A stretch of 29,956 bases of DNA from a virus (taxonomy: Duplodnaviria; Caudoviricetes): the IMG/VR virus record IMGVR_UViG_3300020044_003359, positions 1 to 29,956 of that record. One strand, given 5' to 3'. The notes under the pieces are model-generated. The model was not told the origin of the DNA. It saw only the letters and a program-made list of their open reading frames with translations, and searched no databases. Made by a program: the position numbers and the translations under genes. The number at the start of each line of letters is the position of its first letter. Position 1 is the first letter of the stretch. Positions 17,281 through 25,757 of the stretch are shown piece by piece.

Positions 17281-17305
17281 CAAAATTAGTCAAATTGCTA
17301 ATTAG
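17281..17305 (-). promoter_or_regulatory. Promoter (TAATTTTG) with upstream CTAATTAG palindrome in front of protease/capsid
   Basis: Minus strand CTAATTAGCAATTTGACTAATTTTG, a near-duplicate of 88-112. Confidence 0.6.
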
Positions 17306-17328
17306 AAAACTGAATGTAAAAATTAATT

Positions 17329-18381
17329 TTAATCGCCCAAATTTTGTTCAGTCACAATTGTACCTGTGGCCCCTGTAATTATATCAGCACTATTGATTGC
17401 ATCAATTACGGTTGCCTGTGCAATGCCAAATCCGATGTTGGTAATTGGTGCGCCAATTGTTTGCGCCCCTGTCTGTGGCAATACAATCATTGAGCATCTG
17501 CAATTTATCACATTGCTTGCCGATCCATTTGGATCACCTGGCCTTTGTAATGATTCGCCACCAACTGAAAATTTGCCATTAAATGGAACAACCTGCCCAT
17601 TTGCGGCCCTGTGTGCATCACGTACCCTTGCATCAAATCCAGATTTCCATGTTTTGGTCATGTTCTGACCTGGAAACAAATTCAATGCTGCCTGTTCTGT
17701 TGCGTAATTGGCTGCATTTGTTGCCTCTGTTCGGACAATACGTTTTGCCTGGTAATCTGCTAAATAATCGAATTTTTGGCGCAACATCTTTGATTGTACA
17801 ACCTCACCGGCTGACATAAATATCGGATCGGCCATAAATTGACGAATTGTATTGGTCAATGTTGCCTGTGCTGTTGCCGATACTAACGTGACACGTTGCC
17901 CTGCAATTTGATTTCCCATAAACGCAAAAGCATTGGCCCAAATGGATTGCATATTACCTGCATCCGCTTTCGGCATATATTTTTCAACGTTTTTTGAATA
18001 CCAATTGGCAAATTGCAACCCGATTTTAGAATACATCCCCTCATACATTGCAACATATTTGCTGTCCTGAAAAAATGCCTGTGCTGTTGCCGTTGTCATT
18101 GACTGACTTTTTAAAAACTGATCAATGGCATCATTATATTCGGCCCTATAAAACTCTGTGAAATCCCTGATTGATGTGCGTTCCGCTTTGCTTAATTGCT
18201 TTTCAAATTGATCCGCCCAATTATCCTGTGCCTTTTCCTCTTTTGGTGGATTATACAAATTGCTACAAACCGCCACACGTTGATCAATGGTGTCAAAATC
18301 ATTGACAATATTAGGATCAACAACACAACGGCCCATAAAATCATTTTGGCTTTCACCTGGTTCCGGTTTAGGCAATGGCAT
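17329..18381 (-). CDS. Head morphogenesis / minor head protein (Mu F, SPP1 gp7-like)
   Basis: RIVRTE, KTW...DARVRDAH, F.VGGE.L..PGDP and INCRC motifs. Lies between portal and protease. Confidence 0.88.
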   Translation of the reverse strand: MPLPKPEPGESQNDFMGRCVVDPNIVNDFDTIDQRVAVCSNLYNPPKEEKAQDNWADQFEKQLSKAERTSIRDFTEFYRAEYNDAIDQFLKSQSMTTATAQAFFQDSKYVAMYEGMYSKIGLQFANWYSKNVEKYMPKADAGNMQSIWANAFAFMGNQIAGQRVTLVSATAQATLTNTIRQFMADPIFMSAGEVVQSKMLRQKFDYLADYQAKRIVRTEATNAANYATEQAALNLFPGQNMTKTWKSGFDARVRDAHRAANGQVVPFNGKFSVGGESLQRPGDPNGSASNVINCRCSMIVLPQTGAQTIGAPITNIGFGIAQATVIDAINSADIITGATGTIVTEQNLGD

Positions 18382-18383
18382 AT

Positions 18384-19760
18384 TTAGTCAATTTTTAGTG
18401 ACTTCGGGTTTTCCAATGGTGCTAATAATGGATTCTGTTGCATCAAATTTGCAGGAATGAAATAATCATCCATGAACATATTTTCTTTGTCCATTGCATA
18501 ATTCATCGCATCACGTTTTTCGTTTGGTGTAACCCACCACGCATTTGCTAATTGTGTGACCAATTTATCAACTTCCTCCTGCATTTCGCTGATGGCCGTG
18601 AAATCAAAATCAATGAAATATTCATCACCTTTCCCGAATTTCGGTGCCAACCAACGATTTAACTCATCACGAATTTTGATCAACTCAGGAATCACCGCAT
18701 TTTGGTATAAAGCCTTTTTGGCTTCCTTCATGTTATTGTATGTCGATGAATCCGTATTGTTTAGCAATTGAACCGGGATATTATAGATATTACACAAATC
18801 CTTTACGGTGCCATTGTATTGCTCAATCAATGACAAATCTGATGCAGATAATCCGAAATTAACCCATGACAAATCCTTTGGTGTGATGATTACATCACCT
18901 GCGTTTGATGCACCTTGATAATTCTTTCTGAATTTGTCTTTTAATGCTTGCGCTTGCACCTCAGTCAAATTACCATCCTTTGAAATCAACATACCACGTG
19001 ATGTTTGATTCTGCAAATATTTTAATCCGGTTGTCACGGCTTCGTTGTTGGCCGATAAAACTCTAAGGCCGGCACGCAATGGTGACTGACCATATAGGTT
19101 TGAACCGCTGCTGTCGTAATCCGGATTAAAATCTTTAATGTGGCAAATGTATTCAGGTGGAACCTCAATCATTGAATTATATTGAATTTTGTATCCTGCC
19201 ACAGGTTGCATCACTCCACCAGAAACGATTTCAACTAATTGCGATGGCAATGAATACAATTCAGTAAATTTCCCCTCATTTGGCCCTGAATCCGGCCCGA
19301 TTCCGTAGATGTAACGGTTTCCTGTTAGTTTACCGAATGCAACTAATTCACCCAACCATGCCGAAAACGATTGTTCTGGATTTGGTCTTTTTAATAATGC
19401 CTCCAATTGTGAATCGGTGACTTCTTCAAATGCTCTTTTGCGTAATATATTAGCTTTGTACATAGCATTCCCATCCATCACACCTGATGTCATTGCTTTG
19501 TATTGCTTTGCTGATCCCTCATTTGTAACCCTGTAAACGGTCATAGGAATGGTGGTTGCCGCCTTTACAATTAAATTGACAATGGAATAAATGGTTGCAT
19601 TTCTTTGGTATCCATCCCTAATGTATGTGACATCATTGTCCTCATTCATTATGATGTTTGTACCTAACCACGTATAAACTAATTTATTGTATGCAGGATT
19701 CGTGCCTGTGGTTAATGCTTTGGCAATGGTTTGCCGGAATGTATCAATAATTGATGCCAT
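18384..19760 (-). CDS. Portal protein, HK97 family
   Basis: LLKRPNPEQS, TGNRY, YGQSPL, IYNIPVQLL, TYNN, TPNEKR. Follows TerL. Confidence 0.93.
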   Translation of the reverse strand: MASIIDTFRQTIAKALTTGTNPAYNKLVYTWLGTNIIMNEDNDVTYIRDGYQRNATIYSIVNLIVKAATTIPMTVYRVTNEGSAKQYKAMTSGVMDGNAMYKANILRKRAFEEVTDSQLEALLKRPNPEQSFSAWLGELVAFGKLTGNRYIYGIGPDSGPNEGKFTELYSLPSQLVEIVSGGVMQPVAGYKIQYNSMIEVPPEYICHIKDFNPDYDSSGSNLYGQSPLRAGLRVLSANNEAVTTGLKYLQNQTSRGMLISKDGNLTEVQAQALKDKFRKNYQGASNAGDVIITPKDLSWVNFGLSASDLSLIEQYNGTVKDLCNIYNIPVQLLNNTDSSTYNNMKEAKKALYQNAVIPELIKIRDELNRWLAPKFGKGDEYFIDFDFTAISEMQEEVDKLVTQLANAWWVTPNEKRDAMNYAMDKENMFMDDYFIPANLMQQNPLLAPLENPKSLKID

Positions 19761-19779
19761 CTGTATTGCTTTTTTTTCT

Positions 19780-19787
19780 CAAAAATA
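19780..19787 (-). promoter_or_regulatory. TAnnTTTG box (TATTTTTG) upstream of the portal
   Basis: Consensus match in the 32-nt gap between TerL and portal. Confidence 0.4.
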
Positions 19788-19792
19788 ACGAA

Positions 19793-20977
19793 TTAAACCA
19801 CAAAAAAATCAGAACGGTTTTTGTATTTAGTATAAACACCATATCGAATTGCATCCATTAGGTGATTGTGTTTGTCTATTGGCTTATTTATAATCGTTCC
19901 ATCCTTTAATTGCTCCCAAAAATAAAACTGAAATTCATTATGCAAATTATGCGATTCCATCGAACAAATGACCTCATGTTCTTTTAGCAAACTAATTCCG
20001 GCCTTTATTGATCCCTCACCTTTAATTGCAGGAACCGCCAAAATATCCATCTGCCTCAATTCCTCAATTGATTTGGGTTCCGCTGATTCGCAATAGATTA
20101 TGTGTTCATTTATTTTCTTTTCTTTTAAATAATCAGCAATATCACGGTTTGTCATCCCTTTTTTATACATAATTTCATGGATGTACAATTTATCACCAAC
20201 CTTTGCCAATTGCACAATGGCCGTTGGATCATGACTGAATCCAAAATCCAATCCATAAAACACATCATCAAATTCAGGGAAATCCGCCTTTGGAATAAAT
20301 TTCCAATTAGGGAATATTTGGCGATCACTAAACACCGCACGTTTACCCTCACCGTACACCCTCCAATAATCCGGATCTTTTGCTTTTAATCTTTCGATTT
20401 CATTGACCAATTCAGCCGGTAAAAACTTATTATCCAAATATGTTGTGATCCAGGTATCACAATCATCACGTGTGATCACTTCATCGTAAATCCAATGCAC
20501 CGGATCAGATGGATTAAAATCGCAAATCATCTCATCTGTTGTACGCATCAATAATTGCCTGAAATCCTCATGATCCAATTCGTTTACCTCGTTGCAATAG
20601 CAAATATTTCGTTTCCGGCCCCTGATCTTTTGTGGCTCATCAACTGATAAAAATTCAACAACGTGACCACCAAACGTGTACGTGTTTTCAGATTTATTGT
20701 GTTGGCCCACATAAAGGATGCCCAAATTATCAAGAATTTCAAGAAAGTCACGTTGAACTGATCCCTTCAATGCCGGCAATGTTTTCCGTACAATTGAAAT
20801 CACCAATGGTTTCGGTGATGATGTCATTTTATAAATCAGGTATTGACACAGGGCATAGGTTTTCCCCGAACGTGTTCCGCCCTGATGTACTTTTATCCTT
20901 TTATTGCTGTTTAATGTCTGATAAAACTGAATGTTGCATTTCTGCCCTATTCGTTTTCGATTGTTGCCGGTGTCCAT
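19793..20977 (-). CDS. terL: Terminase large subunit, PBSX/SPP1-like
   Basis: Walker A GGTRSGKT, Walker B-like CYCNE, DFNP, nuclease motifs GLDFGFSHDPTA and NHLMDAIRY. Confidence 0.93.
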   Translation of the reverse strand: MDTGNNRKRIGQKCNIQFYQTLNSNKRIKVHQGGTRSGKTYALCQYLIYKMTSSPKPLVISIVRKTLPALKGSVQRDFLEILDNLGILYVGQHNKSENTYTFGGHVVEFLSVDEPQKIRGRKRNICYCNEVNELDHEDFRQLLMRTTDEMICDFNPSDPVHWIYDEVITRDDCDTWITTYLDNKFLPAELVNEIERLKAKDPDYWRVYGEGKRAVFSDRQIFPNWKFIPKADFPEFDDVFYGLDFGFSHDPTAIVQLAKVGDKLYIHEIMYKKGMTNRDIADYLKEKKINEHIIYCESAEPKSIEELRQMDILAVPAIKGEGSIKAGISLLKEHEVICSMESHNLHNEFQFYFWEQLKDGTIINKPIDKHNHLMDAIRYGVYTKYKNRSDFFVV

Positions 20978-21312
20978 TCTATTATGGCAGATTCAATGCC
21001 GGTTTCGTGTACAACCTCCGTGCGTTCTACGTATCCACGTTTCTTGCCTTTGGTCTTTAAATAAAATATTGTGGCTGTTGTGTTGCCATCTTTTATTTGC
21101 CTGTGCAACTGCGATTCGGCAAAATCCAATGTCATGTCGGCTAATGCCTCCACCGCTTCACGATATTCCGGATCCTTTTGCATCCATTCATAATGAACAG
21201 ATCGTGGAATTTCTGTTGCCCTCGATGCTGTTGTCACAATGCCCAATGATTTTTCAAGGGCATCTAACATCCGTTTTTTATTCAACTTTGTCACACGTGG
21301 ATTCACCGCCAT
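20947..21312 (-). CDS. terS: Terminase small subunit (HTH)
   Basis: HTH-like 'GIVTTASRATEIPRSVHYEW' and 'TATIFYLKTKGKKRGY'. Immediately upstream of TerL. Confidence 0.8.
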   Translation of the reverse strand: MAVNPRVTKLNKKRMLDALEKSLGIVTTASRATEIPRSVHYEWMQKDPEYREAVEALADMTLDFAESQLHRQIKDGNTTATIFYLKTKGKKRGYVERTEVVHETGIESAIIEWTPATIENE

Positions 21313-21315
21313 ATT

Positions 21316-21828
21316 CTATTTTTTTAATCTGCAATTTAAACCATTTTCAATGAAATGATTGTATGCCATTTGCCTTTGTTCCTCTGTTTCAAATACCACC
21401 TCAATGATAAATTGATCTTTTGGATTTTCCGTTGGATCAACAGGCAATTCAAATCCCAATTCTTTATAAACAGGCAAATCAACACCCCATTCAGTCAAAT
21501 CATCCATCTCCCATTGATTGGCCAATACATCCCAATCCCATTCGCCAAATCCGGCATTGTCCACAATTATAAATCGTTTCTGCTGTTCGGATGTCAATGC
21601 TGATGCTTTAATAATCGGCACACGTTTCAATCCGGCTTCAATGCAGGCACGCAAACGCATATTCCCACCCAATACAATCATATTGTCATCAACAACGATG
21701 GGCCGTAATTGTAGCATTTCAGGGAAATCCTTAATGGATTGCACCAACTTTTTGAATTTATCATCCTTAATCAATCGGGGATTGTTTGGATGTGGAATTA
21801 CTAATTTGATGTTTATTTCTTCAATCAT
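21316..21828 (-). CDS. ParB/Srx-domain protein
   Basis: PHPNNPR, KLVQSIKDF, RPIVVD, LGGNMRLRA and IVDN motifs. Confidence 0.85.
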   Translation of the reverse strand: MIEEINIKLVIPHPNNPRLIKDDKFKKLVQSIKDFPEMLQLRPIVVDDNMIVLGGNMRLRACIEAGLKRVPIIKASALTSEQQKRFIIVDNAGFGEWDWDVLANQWEMDDLTEWGVDLPVYKELGFELPVDPTENPKDQFIIEVVFETEEQRQMAYNHFIENGLNCRLKK

Positions 21829-21935
21829 TTCAACCTGTTTTTTTGATCAAAAATTAAACTGATCATTACTAATATAAATACGCAACTAATCCCACCAATC
21901 CACCAAGCCATTGTCACCAAATGATTGTCATCCAT
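21825..21935 (-). CDS. 36-aa single-TM peptide (absent from the ORF track)
   Basis: MDDNHLVTMAWWIGGISCVFILVMISLIFDQKNRLK. TAATG overlap upstream and ATGA overlap with ParB downstream. Confidence 0.6.
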   Translation of the reverse strand: MDDNHLVTMAWWIGGISCVFILVMISLIFDQKNRLK

Positions 21936-22153
21936 TATCCTTTAAATTTTGACAATTCCCGATTAATATACCACAGGGCCTTTTCTAAGTCCTGTTTTTT
22001 ATTTCCCTTATTGTCTGCTCTTAAAACGTATTTGATTGCGTTGCCTAAATTGAACCCCAAATGGAATGATTCAATTACATCAATTGCCTCGATGCCTCCA
22101 TCAGATTGATAATGTTGCGGATGATCCACCATTTCACGGCTCTCATTTTTCAT
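21935..22153 (-). CDS. DUF3310 family protein (SaV / T7 gp1.7-like domain)
   Basis: VDHPQHY...IEAIDVI...FNLGNAIKYVLRA..K....DLEKALWY. Confidence 0.88.
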   Translation of the reverse strand: MKNESREMVDHPQHYQSDGGIEAIDVIESFHLGFNLGNAIKYVLRADNKGNKKQDLEKALWYINRELSKFKG

Positions 22154-22190
22154 TTTAAATTGATTAGGTAAATATGTGCTTTTGTTTCCG

Positions 22191-22225
22191 GCAGTTATTC
22201 ATCACCCAACTGCTGAACAAAATTA
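22191..22225 (-). promoter_or_regulatory. TAATTTTG promoter box followed by a 5' leader hairpin; possible start of the packaging operon
   Basis: Box at 22218-22225. GCAGTT/AACTGC inverted repeat at 22191-22213. Confidence 0.45.
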
Positions 22226-22226
22226 A

Positions 22227-22613
22227 TTAATCTTTCCATAGGTTCGACATTGGTTTTTCCCAAGTATCAATCCCATATGATTTTAATAAAATATTAATCT
22301 GTGTATTCAATCCATCTTTCTTTGTTTGATCCATCTGATCCATTTCCATTCCAAGCATAAAAAATGACTCCATAGCTGTGCAAGCATTTTGGAACGTATC
22401 CAATGCATCAGGCAATTCAGGATCATCGTTTTTATTTGGGGGGAATAATACGGCCATTGTTTTTTCCAATTCCCTTACCATTTGTTTTGTGACCATTTTC
22501 ACGGCCTGTTTATTTGCCGGATGACCATGCCATGATCCATCAATGAAATCCAACATATTTTGGCATAATGCAAAAAATGTCAATAATCTGATTTTGTCTT
22601 TTGTCGTTCTCAT
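22227..22613 (-). CDS. Hypothetical protein
   Basis: 128 aa, ATGA-coupled to the upstream gene. Confidence 0.7.
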   Translation of the reverse strand: MRTTKDKIRLLTFFALCQNMLDFIDGSWHGHPANKQAVKMVTKQMVRELEKTMAVLFPPNKNDDPELPDALDTFQNACTAMESFFMLGMEMDQMDQTKKDGLNTQINILLKSYGIDTWEKPMSNLWKD

Positions 22614-22801
22614 AGGTTTTCAATATCTAATAAATCTTTGGGGAATTTGTATGGATCAATACACAGGTCAATTTTGACAATCTTATGGAATATCATTATT
22701 TCCTGTATCTCCGTAATTATATCTAATGCATCTTCACGTGTGATGGAATCTGAACATTTAATGTCACCATGCACAAATATATCATCATCGCTGTATGTCA
22801 T
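22610..22801 (-). CDS. Hypothetical protein
   Basis: Likely start ATG 22801 (MTYSDDD), overlapping the end of the upstream gene. Confidence 0.6.
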   Translation of the reverse strand: MTYSDDDIFVHGDIKCSDSITREDALDIITEIQEIMIFHKIVKIDLCIDPYKFPKDLLDIENL

Positions 22802-23009
22802 TGTAAAACATTTTAAGATTTCGAACTCTATTGTAAACAACACGTTTTTCCCTTTCTGATCCGTACATCAGCCGGGCAACACACGTTTCCAAGAATAATT
22901 TTGGATTGTGAATCAATTCCCATGCATTCACACGTATTGGCTCCTCACTAAAATTAGGATCGGCAATTTTTTCGTTTGCCCATTCAATGGCTCTTTCACG
23001 GTTTGTCAT
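22785..23009 (-). CDS. Hypothetical protein
   Basis: 74 aa with an A-rich leader (AAAACCT-ATG). Confidence 0.65.
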   Translation of the reverse strand: MTNRERAIEWANEKIADPNFSEEPIRVNAWELIHNPKLFLETCVARLMYGSEREKRVVYNRVRNLKMFYNDIQR

Positions 23010-23226
23010 AGGTTTTTTTAATTTTAATTACATAATTAATATATGCAGGTTGATGATTATGTTTAAAATCTTGATGGTATTCAATGAATGAATTAATAAT
23101 TTGAATATTACCATAATTTAATTCAGCCATAAAATCTGCGTGCCTTCGCATTCCACTTGTTCCTGTTTGAAATGCAATATGCTTGTATTGATATTTTGGG
23201 AACAACCTTCTAAATAATTTTTTCAT
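22996..23226 (-). CDS. Hypothetical protein
   Basis: Likely start ATG 23226 (MKKLFRRL). The longer track ORF overlaps the 23234-23380 gene. Confidence 0.55.
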   Translation of the reverse strand: MKKLFRRLFPKYQYKHIAFQTGTSGMRRHADFMAELNYGNIQIINSFIEYHQDFKHNHQPAYINYVIKIKKTYDKP

Positions 23227-23233
23227 CGTATTG

Positions 23234-23380
23234 TCATTTAATTTTTCTATAAAATTGCAATCCCCAAAATAACCATGAAAATGATAATGATCCTTTCTTG
23301 TATTCACCATCATTATAATACCAAGTAATTGCAGGCAAAAATTCAAATATTCGTCTGTGTTTTAAAAATTCTATTCTCAT
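23234..23380 (-). CDS. 48-aa aromatic-rich hypothetical protein (absent from the ORF track)
   Basis: MRIEFLKHRRIFEFLPAITWYYNDGEYKKGSLSFSWLFWGLQFYRKIK. ATGA overlap with the VRR-NUC stop. Confidence 0.55.
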   Translation of the reverse strand: MRIEFLKHRRIFEFLPAITWYYNDGEYKKGSLSFSWLFWGLQFYRKIK

Positions 23381-23802
23381 CGGATTGTCATTTGTGATTC
23401 AATTTTCCCATCTGTGTAACCTTCCCTGTATGCTTTCATAATTTTATCCTGTTCAATAAATTTCTGCGATTCATAATATTTCAATTTCTCAATCAACTCA
23501 TCCAATGATCGAATAATGATGTATTCATATCCGCAATCCCTTGCCTTTTGCTCGAATACCTTTTGGTTTGGTTGCTGTGAATTGCCCTTGATTTTAACCT
23601 CAACAAACAGGCCGTGAAAGGTTGAATTTGGCAAAAGGATTAACATATCAGCCACACCGGCTTTGACTCCCTCAGCCTTTAATTTGGCCGCAACTGCTTT
23701 GTTTCTCCATCCTCCATTCGGTATTGCAAAAAACGTGTAATTATTTAAATCCAGGTACATTGCTAAAACCGTTTGCAATCTGTGTTCGTGTTCGTTTCTC
23801 AT
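23377..23802 (-). CDS. VRR-NUC domain nuclease (candidate Holliday junction resolvase)
   Basis: EH.LQ, FAIPNGG, GVKAGVADM, FVEVK and Q..F PD-(D/E)XK motifs. Confidence 0.88.
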   Translation of the reverse strand: MRNEHEHRLQTVLAMYLDLNNYTFFAIPNGGWRNKAVAAKLKAEGVKAGVADMLILLPNSTFHGLFVEVKIKGNSQQPNQKVFEQKARDCGYEYIIIRSLDELIEKLKYYESQKFIEQDKIMKAYREGYTDGKIESQMTIR

Positions 23803-24029
23803 TTTCCGCTAATGTAAATTTTTACCAATCCTTTGCTGTCATCAAAGTAAATCATTTCAAAATCCTCAATCGGCTCAAAGGTATCCATCATAAATGCCTG
23901 ACTAACTTCTAAACCTTTGGCAATTACTTGTTTTTTGCCACCATTCTTTGATTTTCTGACCTGATTAATAATAATTAATACAATGCATCCAATCAATAAA
24001 ATTCCTGCTTTTAAAATCATCTTTTTCAT
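23799..24029 (-). CDS. Small membrane-anchored hypothetical protein
   Basis: N-terminal hydrophobic helix AGILLIGCIVLIII. Confidence 0.6.
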   Translation of the reverse strand: MKKMILKAGILLIGCIVLIIINQVRKSKNGGKKQVIAKGLEVSQAFMMDTFEPIEDFEMIYFDDSKGLVKIYISGK

Positions 24030-24055
24030 ATGTCCGTTATTGGTTTAGATTGTTT

Positions 24056-24262
24056 TTAATTTATTATCTGATTTGCATCAATATCCAACATTTTGCACAC
24101 CCTTAATCCTGTGATCATGTTTGGAACCATTTTGCCTGAAATCCAATTGCACACTGATGAATGTGTGCTGTTGATCTCATCGGCTAATTCCTGCCTGCTC
24201 ATATTCTTTTGTTCCAATGCTTTTAGCACCAATGTGCCAAATTCTGTTTCCTCTGCTTTCAT
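24056..24262 (-). CDS. XRE/Cro-family helix-turn-helix regulator
   Basis: KNMSRQELADEINSTHSSVCNWISGKMVP....LRVCKML. Confidence 0.88.
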   Translation of the reverse strand: MKAEETEFGTLVLKALEQKNMSRQELADEINSTHSSVCNWISGKMVPNMITGLRVCKMLDIDANQIIN

Positions 24263-24265
24263 AGT

Positions 24266-25015
24266 TTAAATAATTTCTCCGTTTTCGTTTAATGTCATGT
24301 CCATATCAGCCAATTGATGGCAAAACAATTTGTATGCCTCTGCTTTGCATCCAGCTTTCCACAATTCAAAGTCATTGTATTTTGGCCGTAATCGTTTCGA
24401 TATTTCAACACGATCTGATTCAGGACATTGCCAAATTTCATATTTGACTAAATAATCATATAAAAATGCCAAACCTTTTGGCCAATCAAATTTGCCACCT
24501 GATGCCTCTAATGATTTGATTTTAGCAACGTATGCATTTACATTATAAATGGCATCTGCTTTCAATTGATCATCCGTTGGAATCGGTTTTACAATTTTGG
24601 GTTCCGGCTTTTTTACATTTTTTGTTTCCTGCCTTGCATATTCAATGTATGCGTTCATGATCCTGCCAAAGTATTCACACGAAAAATTCTCATAACATTT
24701 GCAATCAGTATTCAATTTGCCTGCAACTGCCATTTCAAATGCAATGGCTATTTCTTCCGGTGTTTGGTTGCCATAATTCGATTTTATAAATGCTAACAAA
24801 ACATATTTTTCCTCATCTGTTGGCATATTTGATCCACGCAATCCAACCATCAGCATTGCCATACGCAATACCTGTTTTAAGTCATCCTCAGAACGTGTTC
24901 TGATGTTAGGTGTGCTTTGTGCCTTAATTATCAAATTGGCTGTTCCTTTACCAATTTCTAAGGGCCTCAATTCTTGCTGCACTTGTGCCAAGTTTTTCAC
25001 CGTTTGAATTTCCAT
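24266..25015 (-). CDS. Hypothetical protein, possibly a replication accessory (helicase loader position)
   Basis: 249 aa, overlapping and following the initiator. No ATPase motif seen. Confidence 0.6.
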   Translation of the reverse strand: MEIQTVKNLAQVQQELRPLEIGKGTANLIIKAQSTPNIRTRSEDDLKQVLRMAMLMVGLRGSNMPTDEEKYVLLAFIKSNYGNQTPEEIAIAFEMAVAGKLNTDCKCYENFSCEYFGRIMNAYIEYARQETKNVKKPEPKIVKPIPTDDQLKADAIYNVNAYVAKIKSLEASGGKFDWPKGLAFLYDYLVKYEIWQCPESDRVEISKRLRPKYNDFELWKAGCKAEAYKLFCHQLADMDMTLNENGEII

Positions 25016-25634
25016 TGTTGTTGAATTTATTTTTGTTTGCCATCCAGGTATTTATCCGCCTGCTAATATCAAAGAATTTTTCGGATTGCCATCTTTCTTT
25101 TCCTTTTGCGTTTTTCTCAGTCCAATAAGATTTGAAATTTTCAAATTCTGATCCTAGTGTTTGAATGTGTGGTGACAACAGGTCACTAAACACTATTTCT
25201 TTTACTATTATTTCATTTTCTTTTATTTCATTTACTTTACTTTCCTTTCCTTTGTTGAACGGTCGTTGAACGGTCGTTGAAATTCGTTTTTCTGCTGATG
25301 CTTTGCCGGCCATTTTGCGTTGTTCTTTCATTCGGAAATATGGTTCCAAATAAACTAACATTTTTGGCGAAAAGAATTTGTGTTCATCATCAATTTCAAA
25401 TAATTCGTATTTGATAATTGTCGTTCTAATTTTGGTTTCAGATACCCCAAATTCATCTGATAACAAATCCAGGTCATCCATTGGATACATCAAATCCTGT
25501 TGTTCTCTTAGTGTTTCCAATAGCATGAAATAAATGCCATATCCTTCAACTCCTAGTTCCCTTCGTAATCGCCTAATTTTTCGATCGTGTCTTGCATTAC
25601 AGAAATGCGGGAAATAAAATGCTTCTTTTTCCAT
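24948..25634 (-). CDS. Replication initiator, DUF4373/Lin1244-like N-terminal domain
   Basis: YFPH..NAR.D.KI..L....G.EGYGIYF.LLE.L, internal iterons and a C-terminal 'F..YW...W' domain. Likely start ATG 25634. Confidence 0.8.
   Translation of the reverse strand: MEKEAFYFPHFCNARHDRKIRRLRRELGVEGYGIYFMLLETLREQQDLMYPMDDLDLLSDEFGVSETKIRTTIIKYELFEIDDEHKFFSPKMLVYLEPYFRMKEQRKMAGKASAEKRISTTVQRPFNKGKESKVNEIKENEIIVKEIVFSDLLSPHIQTLGSEFENFKSYWTEKNAKGKERWQSEKFFDISRRINTWMANKNKFNNNGNSNGEKLGTSAARIEALRNW
25194..25281. repeat. Probable replication origin inside the initiator: 11-bp iterons plus a strand-asymmetric A-rich tract
   Basis: GTTGAACGGTC x2 plus GTTGAA at 25254-25281, adjacent to ~5-nt periodic AAAGG/AAAGT/AAATG units on the minus strand. 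Confidence 0.6.
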
Positions 25635-25643
25635 TATGGTGTT

Positions 25644-25752
25644 AAAAAAATAAAGCCTGAATGCGTAGGAGTGCAAACAGGCTTTGTGGTTCTTAAACCC
25701 AATTAATCACCGGAAAACTCCTACCCTTTCCGCTGATTACATTACAAATATA
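25644..25752 (-). promoter_or_regulatory. Structured leader: promoter, hairpin 1, and a terminator hairpin with complementary (kissing) loops
   Basis: TATATTTG (25745-25752); TAATCAgCGGAAA-GGGTAGGAGT-TTTCCGgTGATTA; AAAGCCTGttTGC-ACTCCTAC-GCAttCAGGCTTT-ATTTTTTT. Confidence 0.7.
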
Positions 25753-25757
25753 ATGTT

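Noticed and set aside
21316-21828. ParB protein as evidence of plasmid partitioning
   Set aside because: There is no ParA or parS array. ParB/Srx genes directly upstream of TerS are common in phages.
22996-23346. Long track starts (also 6940, 15115, 15344, 25676, 28335, 28801, 29935)
   Set aside because: The extensions run over terminators, promoter boxes or neighbouring genes. Downstream ATGs with A-rich leaders fit better.
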